Below, piece by piece: positions 20,562 to 34,273 of a stretch of DNA of 64,000 nucleotides. Where the stretch lies: assembly GCF_053078305.1 (NCBI RefSeq), contig NZ_CP166879.1, one strand, 5' to 3'. The notes beneath the pieces were generated by a model. The model did no database searches. It was not told the DNA's origin and saw only the letters and a program-made list of their open reading frames with translations. The first letter of the stretch is position 1, and the number at the start of each line of letters is the position of its first letter. Made by a program: the position numbers and the translations under genes.

Positions 20562-22210
20562 TTGGGACGATACTGAATCAGCACCAGACGCTCCTGACGA
20601 TCGATGGCATCTGCGGGCGGAATGGCGAGACTGTTGATATCTTCATCGCGGTCAACCGAAAGCACGAGTGTAATAATCCCCTCCTGACGATGTTGATTAA
20701 GCCAGTTTGCGAACTCATCACCGCTGACAAATCTCCCTTTCGCATCCGGATAATTAAGGCCGTATTTCAACTCACCTGTCTGGCGATACATGATGATGTC
20801 ATCGCGTTGCAGGCTCCATGCCAGACCTGCGGCAACACCGACGCTATCAGTAAGAATATAGCGGCTTGGCTGAAGTGATTCTTGTGTCATCTCGACAAAA
20901 AATTGCGGATGTTTTCCTTCCATGACTCTGTCAGGAATTGAAAATCCTACCAGCAACGCCAGCCCCAGCGGGCAAAGCGCGGCAAAAGACCAGGTCTTTT
21001 CGACGTTTGTTAAGGTGTACCAGCCGAAAAATGCCCATAGCGAAAAAATCGACCAGGCACAAAAGACTTTATAGCTCTCGAAGGTTTGCCACACCGGCGT
21101 GTTCATTGGTCCCCAGGGGGAGACCACAAATGTGGCAATAATGCCAGTGACGCCAAAAGCGATGTTAATCCAGCCATTAATCCGCAGCGCCAGAGGATTA
21201 TTTTTTGCTGCCAGCAAAGCGTAATGCGCCATCAGCATTGCCAAAGGTGCAAAGCAAGAAAGAATATAGGTGGGCAATTTACCCTTAGCAACGGAGAAAA
21301 ACAGCAGCGGCATTATCGTCCAGCTCAACAAATAGACGGTTGCGGAATGCTTGCGGTTTTTCCAGCCTGTGTATAGTGCACCGGGGAGTAATCCCAGCCA
21401 CGGCAGGCTACCGGCAATGATGACCGGCACGTAGTACCAGAACGGAGCTCTATGTTGGGCATCATCCAGTGCAAAGCGTTGAATATGCTCAACCCAGAAA
21501 AAATAGTGCCAGAAGTCAGGCTCCCGCTGCGCTATCGCCAGTCCCCAGGGGAGAACCGTCAGTACGCAACTGATAACCGCCAGCCAGCCGTAAATAAAGA
21601 GATCTTTCCAGCGTTTTTGTGTCGCTACCCATGGCAGCACGCTTAATACCGGCACGGCAAGGGCGAGAAAACCTTTGGTCATCACCCCCATGCCGCAGGT
21701 GATTCCCAGCAGTAAAAATCCTGCGCTTTTGCCTTTCCACGTCTGTGCCTGCATTGCCAGCCAGAAGCTGCACATTCCCGCCACCAGCCAGAAGGCAATA
21801 AACGGATCGAGCACGGCATAAGTGCCGATGGCATAGACAATAAACAATGAGAGATAAATTACTGTGGCGAGTAGAGCCAGACGTTTATCGCGCCATAAGC
21901 GCAGAGTAAACCAGGTCACCAGCGCGGCAGTTAACAGGGTCGCAAAGATAACGCCTGCCCGCACACCAAAGTTATTCGCGCCAAATAGCCATTGCCCAAT
22001 GCTGTTAATCCAGTATCCGGCAATGGGTTTTTCGAAATAACGTAGCCCTAACAGATGGGGCACAATCCAGTCGCCGGATGCCAGCATTTCTCGACTGATT
22101 TCCGCATAACACGTTTCATCGGGTTGCCATAGCAGACGCGTGCTGATCGGTAACAGGTAATAGCAGGCAATAAACGCGAAGAGGCCGATAAGGTAACGTA
22201 CCGATTTCAT
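20558..22210 (-). CDS. arnT: undecaprenyl phosphate-alpha-L-Ara4N transferase (lipid A modification)
   Basis: 550-aa polytopic membrane glycosyltransferase [21 protein letters not shown]... Confidence 0.95.
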
Positions 22211-23100
22211 CAGCGACTACCCGCAATTTGTTGGCAACCCAGCCAGCCTTCACGTCCGGCAATATTTCCGCGAACAACTTGTCCGAGCGGCAACGTCTCT
22301 GATAACAGTTCGCTTAAAGGGCAAAATGTCACGCCTTCCTGAGCTGCGCGTTTGAGGAGATCCACAAAATTATGCTGATAAGCGCAGCCTTCAACTTCTG
22401 CATGAATGGTATAAACCGGCGTGCCTTTATCTCGCAGGATGCGGTTGAGTAACCAACCGTTAAAATCTTCTGCTTTCACATCCCGACCAATCACTTCATC
22501 CCAGGTGGGTAAGGTCACCGGAATTTGCGCAGTGCCAGGGTTTCCTGATTCGAGCAGTGGACGGAACGGCATGGCCCCACGACAATCGCTGTTGTAGCGC
22601 AAATGGAACGCTTCTTTTGCTTCGATCACCTGCTGGTCGGCACGCCAGCCCGCAGCGGCAGAACAGGTTACCGGTTGACCGATAATCTCTTCCAGAGTGC
22701 GAAGGCCGCGTGCAATATCGTCGATCATTGTTTGCCGATCCCAGTTACCGCTACGGGCTTGCCAGGCATGGTGATCCCAGGCGTGCAGGCCGACTTCGTG
22801 ATGTTTAGCCGCTTCACGAATGATATCGGCATTGGCATGACCAATCTCTTTACCTGGCCAGGCCGTACCTGCCAGTAAAATATCCCAGCCATAAAGCGAT
22901 GCCGCGTTTGAGCGCAGCATCTTCCACAAAAACTGTGGCTTCACCAGTCGCCAGAGATGACGGCCCATATTGTCCGGGCCGACGCTGAAAAAAATGCTGG
23001 CCTGAATATTATGCTTACTCAAGATTTCCAGCAGACGCGGCACGCCTTCACGGGTGCCACGAAAGGTATCGACATCAATGCGTAAGCCTACTTTGGTCAT
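22210..23100 (-). CDS. arnD: 4-deoxy-4-formamido-L-arabinose-phosphoundecaprenol deformylase
   Basis: 296 aa, polysaccharide deacetylase-like; operon context. Confidence 0.93.
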   Translation of the reverse strand: MTKVGLRIDVDTFRGTREGVPRLLEILSKHNIQASIFFSVGPDNMGRHLWRLVKPQFLWKMLRSNAASLYGWDILLAGTAWPGKEIGHANADIIREAAKHHEVGLHAWDHHAWQARSGNWDRQTMIDDIARGLRTLEEIIGQPVTCSAAAGWRADQQVIEAKEAFHLRYNSDCRGAMPFRPLLESGNPGTAQIPVTLPTWDEVIGRDVKAEDFNGWLLNRILRDKGTPVYTIHAEVEGCAYQHNFVDLLKRAAQEGVTFCPLSELLSETLPLGQVVRGNIAGREGWLGCQQIAGSR

Positions 23101-25078
23101 GATGGTTTATCCGTAAGATCAACGGTGCGCAGGAAGAAATCCAGCGTTTCGTCGATGGTTTCCTGCATATCAATTTTCGGCTCCCAGTCCAGGCAGCGGT
23201 GGGCATTGCGGATGCTCGGTTTACGATGCTCTACGTCCTGATATCCTTTGCCGTAGTAGCTGCTACTTTCGACAACGCGAAAGCCCGCAAACGGTGGGAA
23301 ATGATGGCGCAGCGGATGTTTTTCGAAGCTCGCCAGCAGCATCTCGCCCAGTTCCTCAATGCTCGCTTCGTTCTCAGGATTGCCAATGTTGATAATTTCG
23401 CCGTCGCAGCGATTTCCCGCATTTTCGATAATGCGGTATAACGCCTCGATACCATCGCGAATATCAGTAAAGCAGCGTTTTTGTTTTCCGCCATCAATTA
23501 GCTTAATCGGTGAACCTTCTACCAGATTGAGAATGAGTTGCGTAATCGCGCGGGAGCTGCCAATTCGCGCTGCATTAAGGTTATCCAGTCGTGGTCCCAT
23601 CCAGTTAAACGGGCGGAAGAGGGTGAACTGTAAACCCTCTTTTTCGCCATAGGCCCAGATCACCCGATCAAGTAATTGTTTTGACACCGAATAAATCCAG
23701 CGTGGTTTATTCACCGGGCCGACGATTAAATTAGAATGGTCCTCATCGAAGTATTTATCGCTACACATTCCATAAACTTCTGAAGTTGATGGGAAGATGA
23801 TTCGCTTACGGTACTTCACGCAGTAGCGGATAATGCGCAGATTCTCTTCAAAATCGAGTTCAAATACGCGCAGCGGATTGCGGGTATATTCAATCGGCGT
23901 GGCTATCGCCACCAGCGGCAAGACGACATCACATTTTTTGACGTGATACTCAATCCATTCGGAATGAATACTGATATCGCCTTCGACAAAGTGAAAATGC
24001 GGATGATTCAGAAAACGGCTTATCGCATCGCTGCCAATATCCAGACCGTAAACTTCATAATGATCTTCGCGCAGCAGGCGTTCTGTCAGATGGTTGCCAA
24101 TAAAGCCATTCACCCCGAGGATGAGTACCCGGGTACGGCGTCGGGCGGCACAGGCAGGCTGGCTATTCAAGCGTGAACCTTGCACCAGGCCCAGCGTCTG
24201 CGCTAATTGCGAGCCCTGCATAGTAATGCCGTCGCCCGCCTGTCCGGTGACGATTTCCAGCGCGCCATCGCCACAGGCAATCAGCAGTGGCGCAACAGAA
24301 ATCACGCTCCCCGGCTGTGCTTTGCTGGCATGAGGATGAACACGCGACGACCAGACGGTGAATTTCTGATTGCCAACATAGCTGAAGGCACCCGGCCACG
24401 GATCGGCAACGGCACGTACCATGTTGTGCAGTACGGATGCCGGCTTATGCCATTCGATGAAACTGTCATCCGGCGTTCTGCGACCAAAACAGGTGGCTTC
24501 GTTTTCGCGCTGGGCGATTTCCAGAATATTACCGTGTTTAATGGCGGGTAATGTCTGTTCCAGTAGCTGGCGCGCGGCATGGCACAATTTATGATGCAGC
24601 GTAATAGCGATATCGTCTGGCGCAATGGCAACGCGCAGTTGCGCCACAATGGCCCCGGCATCGGCACGTTTTACCATTCGGTGCAATGTAACGCCAGTTT
24701 CTGTTTCACCGTTCACCAGCACCCAGTTCAGCGGCGCGCGACCACGATATTTTGGTAACAGCGAACCGTGCAGATTAAATGCACCTGCGGGAGCGAGCTG
24801 CAAAATCTCGTCGCAAATAAGATGGCGATAATAAAAAGAGAAAATCACCTCTGGTGAGAGTTGGGCAATGCGTTCCACCCACAGCGGATGATTAACGTTA
24901 TCCGGCGCATAAACCGGAATGCCTCTTTCCGCCGCCAGACGAGCCACCGAACCATAAAAGGCTTTTTCACCGGGATTATCGGTATGGGTAAAAATGGCGC
25001 TAATTTCGTAACCGGCAGCCAGCAGGGCTTCAATACCGAGGCATCCCATATCGTGGTAGGCAAAAACGACGGTTTTCA

Positions 25079-25079
<1 letters not shown>
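23097..25079 (-). CDS. arnA: bifunctional UDP-glucuronic acid decarboxylase / UDP-Ara4N formyltransferase
   Basis: 660 aa; N-terminal formyltransferase and C-terminal SDR decarboxylase domains ([11 protein letters not shown]ossmann motif). Confidence 0.95.
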
Positions 25080-26050
<971 letters not shown>

Positions 26051-27208
26051 TTATTGTCCTGCGAGTTGCTGAAGGGCTGTGATGACACGGTCGGCATCGG
26101 CGGTAGTCATATCCGGGAACAGCGGCAACGAACAGATGCGTTCGCTATTCCATTCGGTATTCGGTAACGACAGCGTGGGAAAACGCTCGCGATAATATTT
26201 TTGTGTGTGAGCGGCGCGGAAATGTAACCCGGTACCAATACCTCTTTCTTTTAACGCTTCCATCAACGCATTTCGACTGATACCACAACGTTGTTCATCG
26301 ACACGAATAATAAACAGATGCCAGGCGTGAACGTGCGACCAGGCGGGAAGGCTTAATGGCTGAAAGGGGAGAGCTGCCAGTGCTTGCTGATATTGCTGGG
26401 CAATTTCGCGCCGACGGGTGTTGAGGTGCTCTAATTTAGCTAACTGTGTCAGGGCAATCGCGGCGTTAATATCGGTCAGATTGTACTTATAGCCCGGTGT
26501 TAAGACTTCAGCCTGCGGTGCACGGCCCCAGGTTTGTCTGTCATAGGCATCGACACCCAGACCGTGAAATTTCAGCATCCGTAGCTGGCGGGCAAGATTT
26601 TCATTATCAGTAACAATCAGGCCACCTTCCGCACAGGTAATATTTTTGATGGCGTGAAACGAAAAAATAGCGGTACCTTTTGCGCCAATATGTCGCCCTT
26701 TGTAATACGTACCGACGGCATGGGCTGCATCTTCGATAACTGCGATGCCGTAACGTTCGCCAATGGCGCGAATGGCGTTAATATCTGCTGGCGCACCGGC
26801 ATAATGCACCGGAATGATGGCTTTAGTGCGTGGCGTAATGGCTGATTCGATCGCTTCAGGCGTGACCATCAGCGTATCGCGATCGACATCCACCATTACC
26901 GGCGTTGCACCCTGCAAGGAAATCATATTGAGGGTTGAAACCCAGGTCAGGGAAGGCGTAATCACTTCATCGCCCTTGCCAATTTCCAACGCCATTAGCG
27001 TGATATGCATTCCGGCGGTGGCTGAACTGACCGCGATGGCATGCTGATTTCCTGTCAACTGGCAAAAGGCTTGTTCAAGCGCCTGATTCTTCGGACCGGT
27101 TGTGATCCAACCGGATTCGAGAACCTCTTTAACTGCAGCGAGTTCCTCCACGCCCATTGCTGGTCGCGAAAAAGGCAAAAATTCTGACATTGCTTTTCCT
27201 TCCGCCAT
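26051..27208 (-). CDS. arnB: UDP-4-amino-4-deoxy-L-arabinose--oxoglutarate aminotransferase (PLP)
   Basis: DegT/AHBA-synthase-type aminotransferase; likely start [10 protein letters not shown] (track ORF has 5 extra codons). Confidence 0.93.
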   Translation of the reverse strand: MAEGKAMSEFLPFSRPAMGVEELAAVKEVLESGWITTGPKNQALEQAFCQLTGNQHAIAVSSATAGMHITLMALEIGKGDEVITPSLTWVSTLNMISLQGATPVMVDVDRDTLMVTPEAIESAITPRTKAIIPVHYAGAPADINAIRAIGERYGIAVIEDAAHAVGTYYKGRHIGAKGTAIFSFHAIKNITCAEGGLIVTDNENLARQLRMLKFHGLGVDAYDRQTWGRAPQAEVLTPGYKYNLTDINAAIALTQLAKLEHLNTRRREIAQQYQQALAALPFQPLSLPAWSHVHAWHLFIIRVDEQRCGISRNALMEALKERGIGTGLHFRAAHTQKYYRERFPTLSLPNTEWNSERICSLPLFPDMTTADADRVITALQQLAGQ

Positions 27209-27288
27209 TGAATACCTGTCCACTTATATTTTCTATAAAGAGTGTTGTGTATATTTTGCCATTTGGAGCGAAATTTTAAGGATAGAAT

Positions 27289-27305
27289 ATTAACTTAACC
27301 TTAAG
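27289..27305 (-). promoter_or_regulatory. PmrA (BasR) box upstream of arn operon
   Basis: On the arn strand reads CTTAAG-gttaa-GTTAAT, matching the YTTAAK-N5-YTTAAK direct-repeat consensus, about 80-100 bp upstream of arnB start. Confidence 0.6.
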
Positions 27306-27497
27306 AAACTAATATTAGACGTAAATATTGAAATTTTTATATTTTTTCTTATTTAGGCTTTGCATTTGGCAAAATTTTGAGGCATTTTGCCAGCATCGCA
27401 GGATTTTTAATATTACACCAACTGCTAATTATCGCCAGAAATGTCGCTCAATTTCACGGTAATTGTCTGGTTGCGCTTGTCTATAGGTGGAGTTTAC

Positions 27498-28100
27498 GTG
27501 TTAGCTTTTTGCCGCTCTTCGTTGAAGTCAAAAAAATATTTCATCATTTTACTGGCGCTCGCTGCAATTGCCGGACTGGGTACTCATGCCGCCTGGAGTA
27601 GCAATGGTTTGCCACGTATCGACAATAAAACACTGGCCAGACTGGCACAGCAGCACCCGGTTGTCGTTTTGTTTCGCCATGCTGAACGTTGCGATCGTTC
27701 AACCAATCAATGCTTGTCAGATAAAACAGGTATTACGGTCAAAGGTACCCAGGATGCCCGAGAACTGGGCAACGCTTTTAGTGCTGATATCCCTGATTTC
27801 GATCTCTATTCCAGTAATACCGTCCGGACCATTCAGTCGGCGACCTGGTTTTCAGCGGGTAAAAAATTGACGGTAGATAAACGACTTCTTCAGTGCGGTA
27901 ATGAGATTTATAGTGCAATTAAGGACTTACAAAGCAAAGCGCCTGATAAAAATATCGTTATTTTCACCCATAATCATTGCCTGACATATATTGCTAAAGA
28001 TAAGCGTGATGCGACATTTAAACCTGATTATCTGGATGGTTTAGTCATGCATGTGGAAAAAGGCAAAGTTTATCTGGATGGGGAATTCGTTAACCACTAA
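27498..28100 (+). CDS. ais: PmrA-regulated LPS core heptose(II)-phosphate phosphatase (Ais/PmrG), GTG start
   Basis: 200 aa from GTG ([31 protein letters not shown] signal peptide); histidine phosphatase RHAER motif (VLFRHAERC). Confidence 0.88.
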   Translation: MLAFCRSSLKSKKYFIILLALAAIAGLGTHAAWSSNGLPRIDNKTLARLAQQHPVVVLFRHAERCDRSTNQCLSDKTGITVKGTQDARELGNAFSADIPDFDLYSSNTVRTIQSATWFSAGKKLTVDKRLLQCGNEIYSAIKDLQSKAPDKNIVIFTHNHCLTYIAKDKRDATFKPDYLDGLVMHVEKGKVYLDGEFVNH

Positions 28101-28138
28101 ATTTTCAATCTGACAGCCAGTGATGGCTGTCATCATTG

Positions 28139-28564
28139 TTACAGAAGACCTTTCAAACGTAACGTTTTTCGGGTGGCAACATTCAAATCATAATGCACCA
28201 GATCTTCAGGTTTTACCCACGCGTAGTCCTGAAACTCTTCGTTTATTTTCACTTCTCGGTTGGCAGAAACGCAGTCAAAAATCAGGTAAATCATATAAAT
28301 CTCTTCCTTGCGACCATCTGCATACGTCTTGGTGCGAATATCATCGCTGAAGGTCCACGGCTTGATTTCTGTCAAAAGCAGCTGTTCTCCCAGTTCTTCG
28401 CGAATTTCGCGGCGTAGTGCCTCTTCAATTCGTTCGTCGGGCTCCACGCCGCCACCCGAAAGCGCCCATTGACCGGGGAAAACGCCGCGATCGTCGGCCA
28501 TTTTACACAGCAAATAAGCACCATCATTTTGAATCAAAGGGCATACAATAGTCCGTTGTCGCAC
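28139..28564 (-). CDS. nudI: Nudix nucleoside triphosphatase NudI, GTG start
   Basis: 141 aa from GTG ([19 protein letters not shown]); Nudix box [23 protein letters not shown]. Confidence 0.88.
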   Translation of the reverse strand: MRQRTIVCPLIQNDGAYLLCKMADDRGVFPGQWALSGGGVEPDERIEEALRREIREELGEQLLLTEIKPWTFSDDIRTKTYADGRKEEIYMIYLIFDCVSANREVKINEEFQDYAWVKPEDLVHYDLNVATRKTLRLKGLL

Positions 28565-28843
28565 AGGGGTATTCCTTATAAATAAATAGAAACCATGAGA
28601 ATACGGTAACTCAGAAATATGTGAAAGTGACAGTAATCTCTTTTGCGATGATAACTGCACTTATTATTATTTTTGTGTGTATCGGTAAAGTGTGTTTATT
28701 TTTTTCGGCGTTTAATTATTTAAGAAGTATTTAGTTACAATAAGTGACTAGATCCCTTTTTTCGCTCATTGAATCCTCTGCGCCAGGCAGTACAATCCCG
28801 CAGCTTTGGGAATTTTGATTAATTGCTTGTGGGAAAGGGGATA

Positions 28844-29386
28844 ATGAAAAAAATTGCGCTAGCAGGTCTGGCCGGAATGCTGTTGGTTTCTGCATCGGTC
28901 AATGCAATGAGCATCAGCGGCCAGGCGGGTAAAGAATACACCAATATTGGTGTCGGTTTTGGGACTGAATCGACGGGCCTGGCTTTAAGCGGTAACTGGA
29001 CACATAACGACGACGACGGTGACGTCGCGGGCGTGGGGCTGGGGTTGAATCTGCCTCTCGGGCCGTTAATGGCGACCGTTGGCGGAAAAGGCGTTTACAC
29101 CAACCCGAATTACGGCGATGAAGGTTATGCCGCAGCGGTAGGAGGTGGTTTGCAGTGGAAAATTGGCAACAGCTTCCGTTTGTTTGGCGAGTATTACTAC
29201 TCTCCGGATTCACTCTCCAGCGGTATTAAAAGTTATGAGGAAGCGAATGCTGGCGCGCGTTACACCATTATGCGTCCAGTCAGTATTGAGGCGGGTTATC
29301 GCTACCTGAATCTGTCGGGTAAAGACGGTAACCGCGACAACGCCGTGGCTGACGGCCCGTATGTTGGGGTTAACGCCAGTTTCTGA
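28844..29386 (+). CDS. yfaZ: outer-membrane beta-barrel protein YfaZ
   Basis: Signal peptide MKKIALAGLAGMLLVSASVNA, Gly/Tyr-rich beta-barrel-like body ending in F. Confidence 0.85.
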   Translation: MKKIALAGLAGMLLVSASVNAMSISGQAGKEYTNIGVGFGTESTGLALSGNWTHNDDDGDVAGVGLGLNLPLGPLMATVGGKGVYTNPNYGDEGYAAAVGGGLQWKIGNSFRLFGEYYYSPDSLSSGIKSYEEANAGARYTIMRPVSIEAGYRYLNLSGKDGNRDNAVADGPYVGVNASF

Positions 29387-29485
29387 TCCCTTCCGGCGCG
29401 GCATTCTGTCGCGCCATTCAGTTTCTTACTACGCCTTATCTCCCTTTGCGTTATAGTGATTCGATAACAAAAGCAGGAGATAACC

Positions 29486-30688
29486 ATGTTAAAAGTGGAA
29501 ATGCTATCCACCGGGGATGAAGTGTTACACGGGCAAATCGTTGACACTAACGCTGCCTGGCTGGCCGATTTTTTCTTTCATCAGGGGTTGCCATTATCTC
29601 GCCGCAATACGGTGGGGGATAACCTTGATGACTTAGTCACCATTCTTCGCGAACGTAGTCAGCACGCCGATGTGCTGATCGTTAACGGCGGGCTGGGGCC
29701 GACCAGTGATGATTTAAGCGCACTCGCCGCTGCGACAGCAAAAGGTGAAGGCCTGGTGCTGCATGAAGCCTGGCTCAAAGAGATGGAACGCTATTTCCAC
29801 GAACGTGGACGAGTAATGGCACCGAGCAACCGTAAACAAGCGGAGCTGCCTGCCAGTGCTGAATTTATCAATAACCCGGTAGGCACCGCCTGTGGTTTTG
29901 CCGTGCAGCTTAATCGTTGCCTGATGTTCTTTACTCCCGGCGTACCGTCAGAATTTAAGGTGATGGTCGAGCACGAAATCCTGCCGCGCCTGCGCGAGCG
30001 TTTTTCTTTACCACAGCCGCCGGTTTGTCTGCGTTTAACTACCTTTGGTCGTTCGGAAAGCGATCTGGCACAAAGCCTGGACACTCTACAACTGCCGCCG
30101 GGCGTAACAATGGGCTATCGCTCCTCAATGCCGATCATCGAACTGAAACTCACCGGACCGGCAAGCGAGCAACAGGCGATGGAAAAACTGTGGCTGGACG
30201 TTAAACGTGTTGCCGGACAGAGCGTGATTTTCGAAGGCACCGAAGGACTGCCCGCGCAGATCAGTCGCGAATTGCAAAACCGCCAGTTCAGCCTGACGTT
30301 GAGCGAGCAATTCACCGGCGGTTTATTGGCTTTGCAACTTTCTCGCGCAGGTGCTCCACTGCTGGCGTGTGAAGTGGTTCCTTCACAGGAAGAAACCCTG
30401 GCGCAAACTGCGCACTGGATTACAGAACGGCGGGCCAACCATTTTGCCGGGCTGGCACTGGCTGTTTCGGGTTTCGAGAACGAGCATCTCAACTTTGCGC
30501 TAGCCACGCCAGATGGCACTTTCGCTCTGCGTGTGCGTTTCAGCACTATACGCTACAGCCTGGCTATCCGTCAGGAAGTGTGCGCAATGATGGCACTGAA
30601 TATGCTGCGCCGTTGGTTAAACGGCCAGGACATTGCCAGTGAGCATGGCTGGATTGAGGTTGTTGAGTCCATGACCTTATCCGTCTGA
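29486..30688 (+). CDS. yfaY: CinA-like competence/damage-inducible protein (MoCF-binding domain)
   Basis: 400-aa ORF MLKVEMLSTGDEVLHGQIVDTNAAWLADFF, typical CinA N-terminus. Confidence 0.88.
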   Translation: MLKVEMLSTGDEVLHGQIVDTNAAWLADFFFHQGLPLSRRNTVGDNLDDLVTILRERSQHADVLIVNGGLGPTSDDLSALAAATAKGEGLVLHEAWLKEMERYFHERGRVMAPSNRKQAELPASAEFINNPVGTACGFAVQLNRCLMFFTPGVPSEFKVMVEHEILPRLRERFSLPQPPVCLRLTTFGRSESDLAQSLDTLQLPPGVTMGYRSSMPIIELKLTGPASEQQAMEKLWLDVKRVAGQSVIFEGTEGLPAQISRELQNRQFSLTLSEQFTGGLLALQLSRAGAPLLACEVVPSQEETLAQTAHWITERRANHFAGLALAVSGFENEHLNFALATPDGTFALRVRFSTIRYSLAIRQEVCAMMALNMLRRWLNGQDIASEHGWIEVVESMTLSV

Positions 30689-30711
30689 TTCCGCCACTCT
30701 GTGCCGGTTTA

Positions 30712-30735
30712 CTGCACCGGCACATTCCCCCTCCG
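30712..30735 (+). terminator. hairpin downstream of yfaY
   Basis: gtgccggt ttactgc accggcac inverted repeat shortly after the stop codon; no clear T-run. Confidence 0.4.
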
Positions 30736-30907
30736 GCAAAATTTGTCCAACCTGTTGTACTCAATAAGAAAAAATCCGTGCGCTGATTCACAAATTTGTG
30801 CGTAATTTCTCCAGTCCGTTGGACGAGGAGCGGGATTTGATGCGCTTCACAATTTTACTCCCCCTGAGCAACGAGACTGATTCCAGTATCTAAGACTGGA
30901 GTCCAGT

Positions 30908-31690
30908 ATGTTGGAATCAAGCAAAGTTCCCGCCCTGACACGGGCTATTGATATTCTCAATTTGATTGCCCGCATTGGCCCCTGTAATGCTGCGACGATC
31001 ATTGACACATTGGGGATCCCTAAAAGCACGGCCTATTTGCTGCTTAATGAACTCAGGCGTCAGCGTTTTCTTAGCCTTGATCACCAGGAAAAATTTTGTT
31101 TGTGGACCAAGCTGGTGGAGCTTTCCGGTCATGCGTTAAGCAAGATGGATCTCCGGGAACTGGCTCGACCGCGTTTGACGCAACTGATGGATACCACCGG
31201 GCTGTTATGTCACCTGGGGATTATTGATAACGGCAGCGCTTATTACATTTTGAAAGTGGAGTCATCAGCCACTATCAGCGTGCGTTCACATGAAGGAAAA
31301 AGCCTTTCGCTTTATCGCTCCGGAATAGGTAAATGCCTGCTTGCCTGGCAACCTGCAACTGTACAGCAAAGTATTATCGAAGGGCTGGTCTGGGAGCAGG
31401 CGACACCCACAACGATTACTCATCCACAGCAACTTCACGAAGAACTGGCGCGTATTCGCCGTCAGGGCTGGAGCTATGACAACGGCGAAGATTACGCCGA
31501 TGTCCGTTGTGTCGCTGCGCCGGTGTTTAACGCCAATAACGAGCTTACCGCTGCGATCTCGGTGGTCGGTACCCGCTTACAAATCAATGAAGAATACCGT
31601 GATTATCTGGCGGGCAAGGCCATTGCCTGCGCCAGGGATATTTCACGTCTGTTGGGATGGAAAAGTCCCTTTGACTTACAAGCCTCATAA
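30908..31690 (+). CDS. rhmR: IclR-family transcriptional regulator of rhamnonate utilisation
   Basis: 260 aa; IclR-type N-terminal HTH, upstream of rhmD-rhmT-rhmA. Confidence 0.88.
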   Translation: MLESSKVPALTRAIDILNLIARIGPCNAATIIDTLGIPKSTAYLLLNELRRQRFLSLDHQEKFCLWTKLVELSGHALSKMDLRELARPRLTQLMDTTGLLCHLGIIDNGSAYYILKVESSATISVRSHEGKSLSLYRSGIGKCLLAWQPATVQQSIIEGLVWEQATPTTITHPQQLHEELARIRRQGWSYDNGEDYADVRCVAAPVFNANNELTAAISVVGTRLQINEEYRDYLAGKAIACARDISRLLGWKSPFDLQAS

Positions 31691-31704
31691 CAATGGAGAA
31701 CATC

Positions 31705-32910
31705 ATGACCCTACCAAAAATTAAACAGGTTCGCGCCTGGTTTACTGGCGGTGCGACAGCAGAAAAAGGCGCTGGCGGCGGTGATTATCACGACCAGGGG
31801 GCGAATCACTGGATAGACGATCATATTGCCACCCCGATGAGTAAATACCGCGATTATGAGCAGTCACGCCAGTCATTTGGCATTAACGTTCTTGGCACGT
31901 TGATTGTTGAAATCGAAGCAGAAAACGGCCAGACCGGATTCGCCGTTTCGACAGCCGGTGAAATGGGCTGTTTTATCGTCGAAAAACACCTTAACCGTTT
32001 CATTGAGGGTAAATGTGTCAGTGATATCAAACTGATCCATGATCAAATGCTCAATGCCACCCTGTATTACTCCGGCTCTGGTGGCCTGGTGATGAACACG
32101 ATTTCCTGTGTCGATCTGGCTCTGTGGGATCTGTTCGGCAAAGTGGTCGGGCTTCCGGTTTATAAACTTTTAGGCGGCGCTGTTCGTGATGAGATTCAGT
32201 TCTACGCCACAGGTGCGCGTCCGGATCTGGCAAAAGAGATGGGCTTTATCGGTGGCAAAATGCCGACGCACTGGGGGCCACATGATGGCGATGCGGGGAT
32301 CCGCAAAGATGCCGCTATGGTCGCGGATATGCGTGAAAAATGCGGTGAGGATTTCTGGTTAATGCTCGACTGCTGGATGAGTCAGGACGTGAACTATGCG
32401 ACCAAACTGGCCCACGCTTGCGCGCCCTATAACCTGAAATGGATCGAAGAGTGCCTGCCGCCACAGCAGTATGAAGGTTATCGCGAACTGAAACGCAACG
32501 CGCCAGTCGGAATGATGGTCACCAGCGGTGAGCACCACGGCACACTGCAATCTTTTCGTACGCTTTCAGAAACCGGTATCGACATTATGCAGCCGGATGT
32601 TGGCTGGTGCGGTGGCTTAACCACGCTGGTGGAAATTGCCGCAATCGCCAAATCCAGGGGGCAACTGGTGGTGCCGCACGGTTCGTCTGTTTACTCCCAC
32701 CATGCGGTGATCACCTTCACTAATACGCCATTCAGCGAATTCCTGATGACCAGTCCGGATTGTTCAACGATGCGTCCGCAGTTTGACCCGATTCTGCTCA
32801 ATGAGCCGGTTCCGGTGAATGGTCGTATTCATAAATCAGTGCTTGATAAACCCGGTTTTGGCGTCGAACTCAATCGTGACTGCAATTTGAAACGCCCCTA
32901 CAGCCACTAA
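31705..32910 (+). CDS. rhmD: L-rhamnonate dehydratase (enolase superfamily)
   Basis: Start [16 protein letters not shown]; mandelate racemase/muconate lactonizing enzyme-like fold. Confidence 0.9.
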   Translation: MTLPKIKQVRAWFTGGATAEKGAGGGDYHDQGANHWIDDHIATPMSKYRDYEQSRQSFGINVLGTLIVEIEAENGQTGFAVSTAGEMGCFIVEKHLNRFIEGKCVSDIKLIHDQMLNATLYYSGSGGLVMNTISCVDLALWDLFGKVVGLPVYKLLGGAVRDEIQFYATGARPDLAKEMGFIGGKMPTHWGPHDGDAGIRKDAAMVADMREKCGEDFWLMLDCWMSQDVNYATKLAHACAPYNLKWIEECLPPQQYEGYRELKRNAPVGMMVTSGEHHGTLQSFRTLSETGIDIMQPDVGWCGGLTTLVEIAAIAKSRGQLVVPHGSSVYSHHAVITFTNTPFSEFLMTSPDCSTMRPQFDPILLNEPVPVNGRIHKSVLDKPGFGVELNRDCNLKRPYSH

Positions 32911-32966
32911 TCACTCCGGGCGTTGCTGTGACAACGGTAACGCCCACATATTCTAAGGAGCTTTTT

Positions 32967-34256
32967 ATGAGCACCGCTTTGCTTGACGCCGTGGTGAAGA
33001 AAAACCGTGTGCGTTTAATTCCGTTTATGTTGGCGCTGTATGTGCTGGCGTTTCTCGACCGTTCGAATATCGGTTTTGCCAAACAGACCTACCAGATTGA
33101 TACCGGGTTGAGTAATGAAGCTTATGCGCTGGGAGCAGGCATTTTCTTTGTGGTATATGCGTTTCTGGGTGTTCCGGCGAATCTTTTGATGCGCAAACTG
33201 GGGGCCAGAACCTGGATTGGTACGACAACACTGCTGTGGGGATTTCTTTCGGCAGCCATGGCATGGGCCGATACTGAAGCGAAATTTCTGATAGTTCGCA
33301 CTCTGCTTGGTGCTGCGGAGGCCGGATTTTTCCTTGGTATGATTTATCTCACCTCGCAATGGTTTCCGCAGCGTAATCGCGCCAGCATTATGGGGCTGTT
33401 CTATATGGGCGCACCGCTGGCGTTAACACTGGGATCACCGCTTTCCGGCGCGCTGCTGGAGATGCATGGATTTATGGGGCATCCCGGCTGGTTCTGGATG
33501 TTTGTGATTGAAGGATTGTTGGCAGTCGGCGCTGGGGTATTCACATTCTTTTGGCTTGATGACACACCGGAGCAGGCACGTTTTCTGAGTAAACAAGAAA
33601 AAACGTTGCTTATCAATCAACTGGCAAGTGAAGAACAACAGAAAGTGACTTCTCGGCTGAGCGATGCGCTGCGTAATGGGCGAGTCTGGCAACTGGCGAT
33701 TATCTACCTGACCATTCAGGTGGCGGTTTACGGATTAATTTTCTTCCTGCCGACCCAGGTTGCGGCATTGCTGGGAACAAAAGTGGGCTTTACAGCGTCG
33801 GTGGTCACCGCCATTCCGTGGGTTGCGGCCTTGTTTGGGACCTGGCTTATTCCGCGCTATTCCGATAAAACCGGCGAACGGCGTAATGTCGCAGCGCTGA
33901 CATTACTGGCGGCGGGCATTGGTATTGGTCTGTCCGGGCTGCTTTCTCCAGTACTGGCGATCGTAGCGCTGTGTGTTGCAGCCATCGGGTTTATTGCCGT
34001 GCAGCCGGTGTTCTGGACGATGCCGACACAACTGCTTTCCGGTACGGCGCTGGCTGCGGGGATTGGTTTTGTAAACCCGTTTGGTGCAGTGGGCGGGTTT
34101 ATTGCCCCGATTCTGCGCGTGAAAGCAGAAACGTTATTTTCCAGCGATGCGGCGGGATTACTGACGCTGGCAGCGGTGGCGGTCATCGGTTCGCTGATTA
34201 TTTTCACTCTGCGTGTAAATCGCACCATTGCGCAGACCGACGTGGCACATCATTAA
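32967..34256 (+). CDS. rhmT: MFS transporter (putative L-rhamnonate transporter)
   Basis: 12-TM MFS protein, start [39 protein letters not shown]. Confidence 0.88.
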   Translation: MSTALLDAVVKKNRVRLIPFMLALYVLAFLDRSNIGFAKQTYQIDTGLSNEAYALGAGIFFVVYAFLGVPANLLMRKLGARTWIGTTTLLWGFLSAAMAWADTEAKFLIVRTLLGAAEAGFFLGMIYLTSQWFPQRNRASIMGLFYMGAPLALTLGSPLSGALLEMHGFMGHPGWFWMFVIEGLLAVGAGVFTFFWLDDTPEQARFLSKQEKTLLINQLASEEQQKVTSRLSDALRNGRVWQLAIIYLTIQVAVYGLIFFLPTQVAALLGTKVGFTASVVTAIPWVAALFGTWLIPRYSDKTGERRNVAALTLLAAGIGIGLSGLLSPVLAIVALCVAAIGFIAVQPVFWTMPTQLLSGTALAAGIGFVNPFGAVGGFIAPILRVKAETLFSSDAAGLLTLAAVAVIGSLIIFTLRVNRTIAQTDVAHH

Positions 34257-34273
34257 ATAGGTTAAGGAACACG

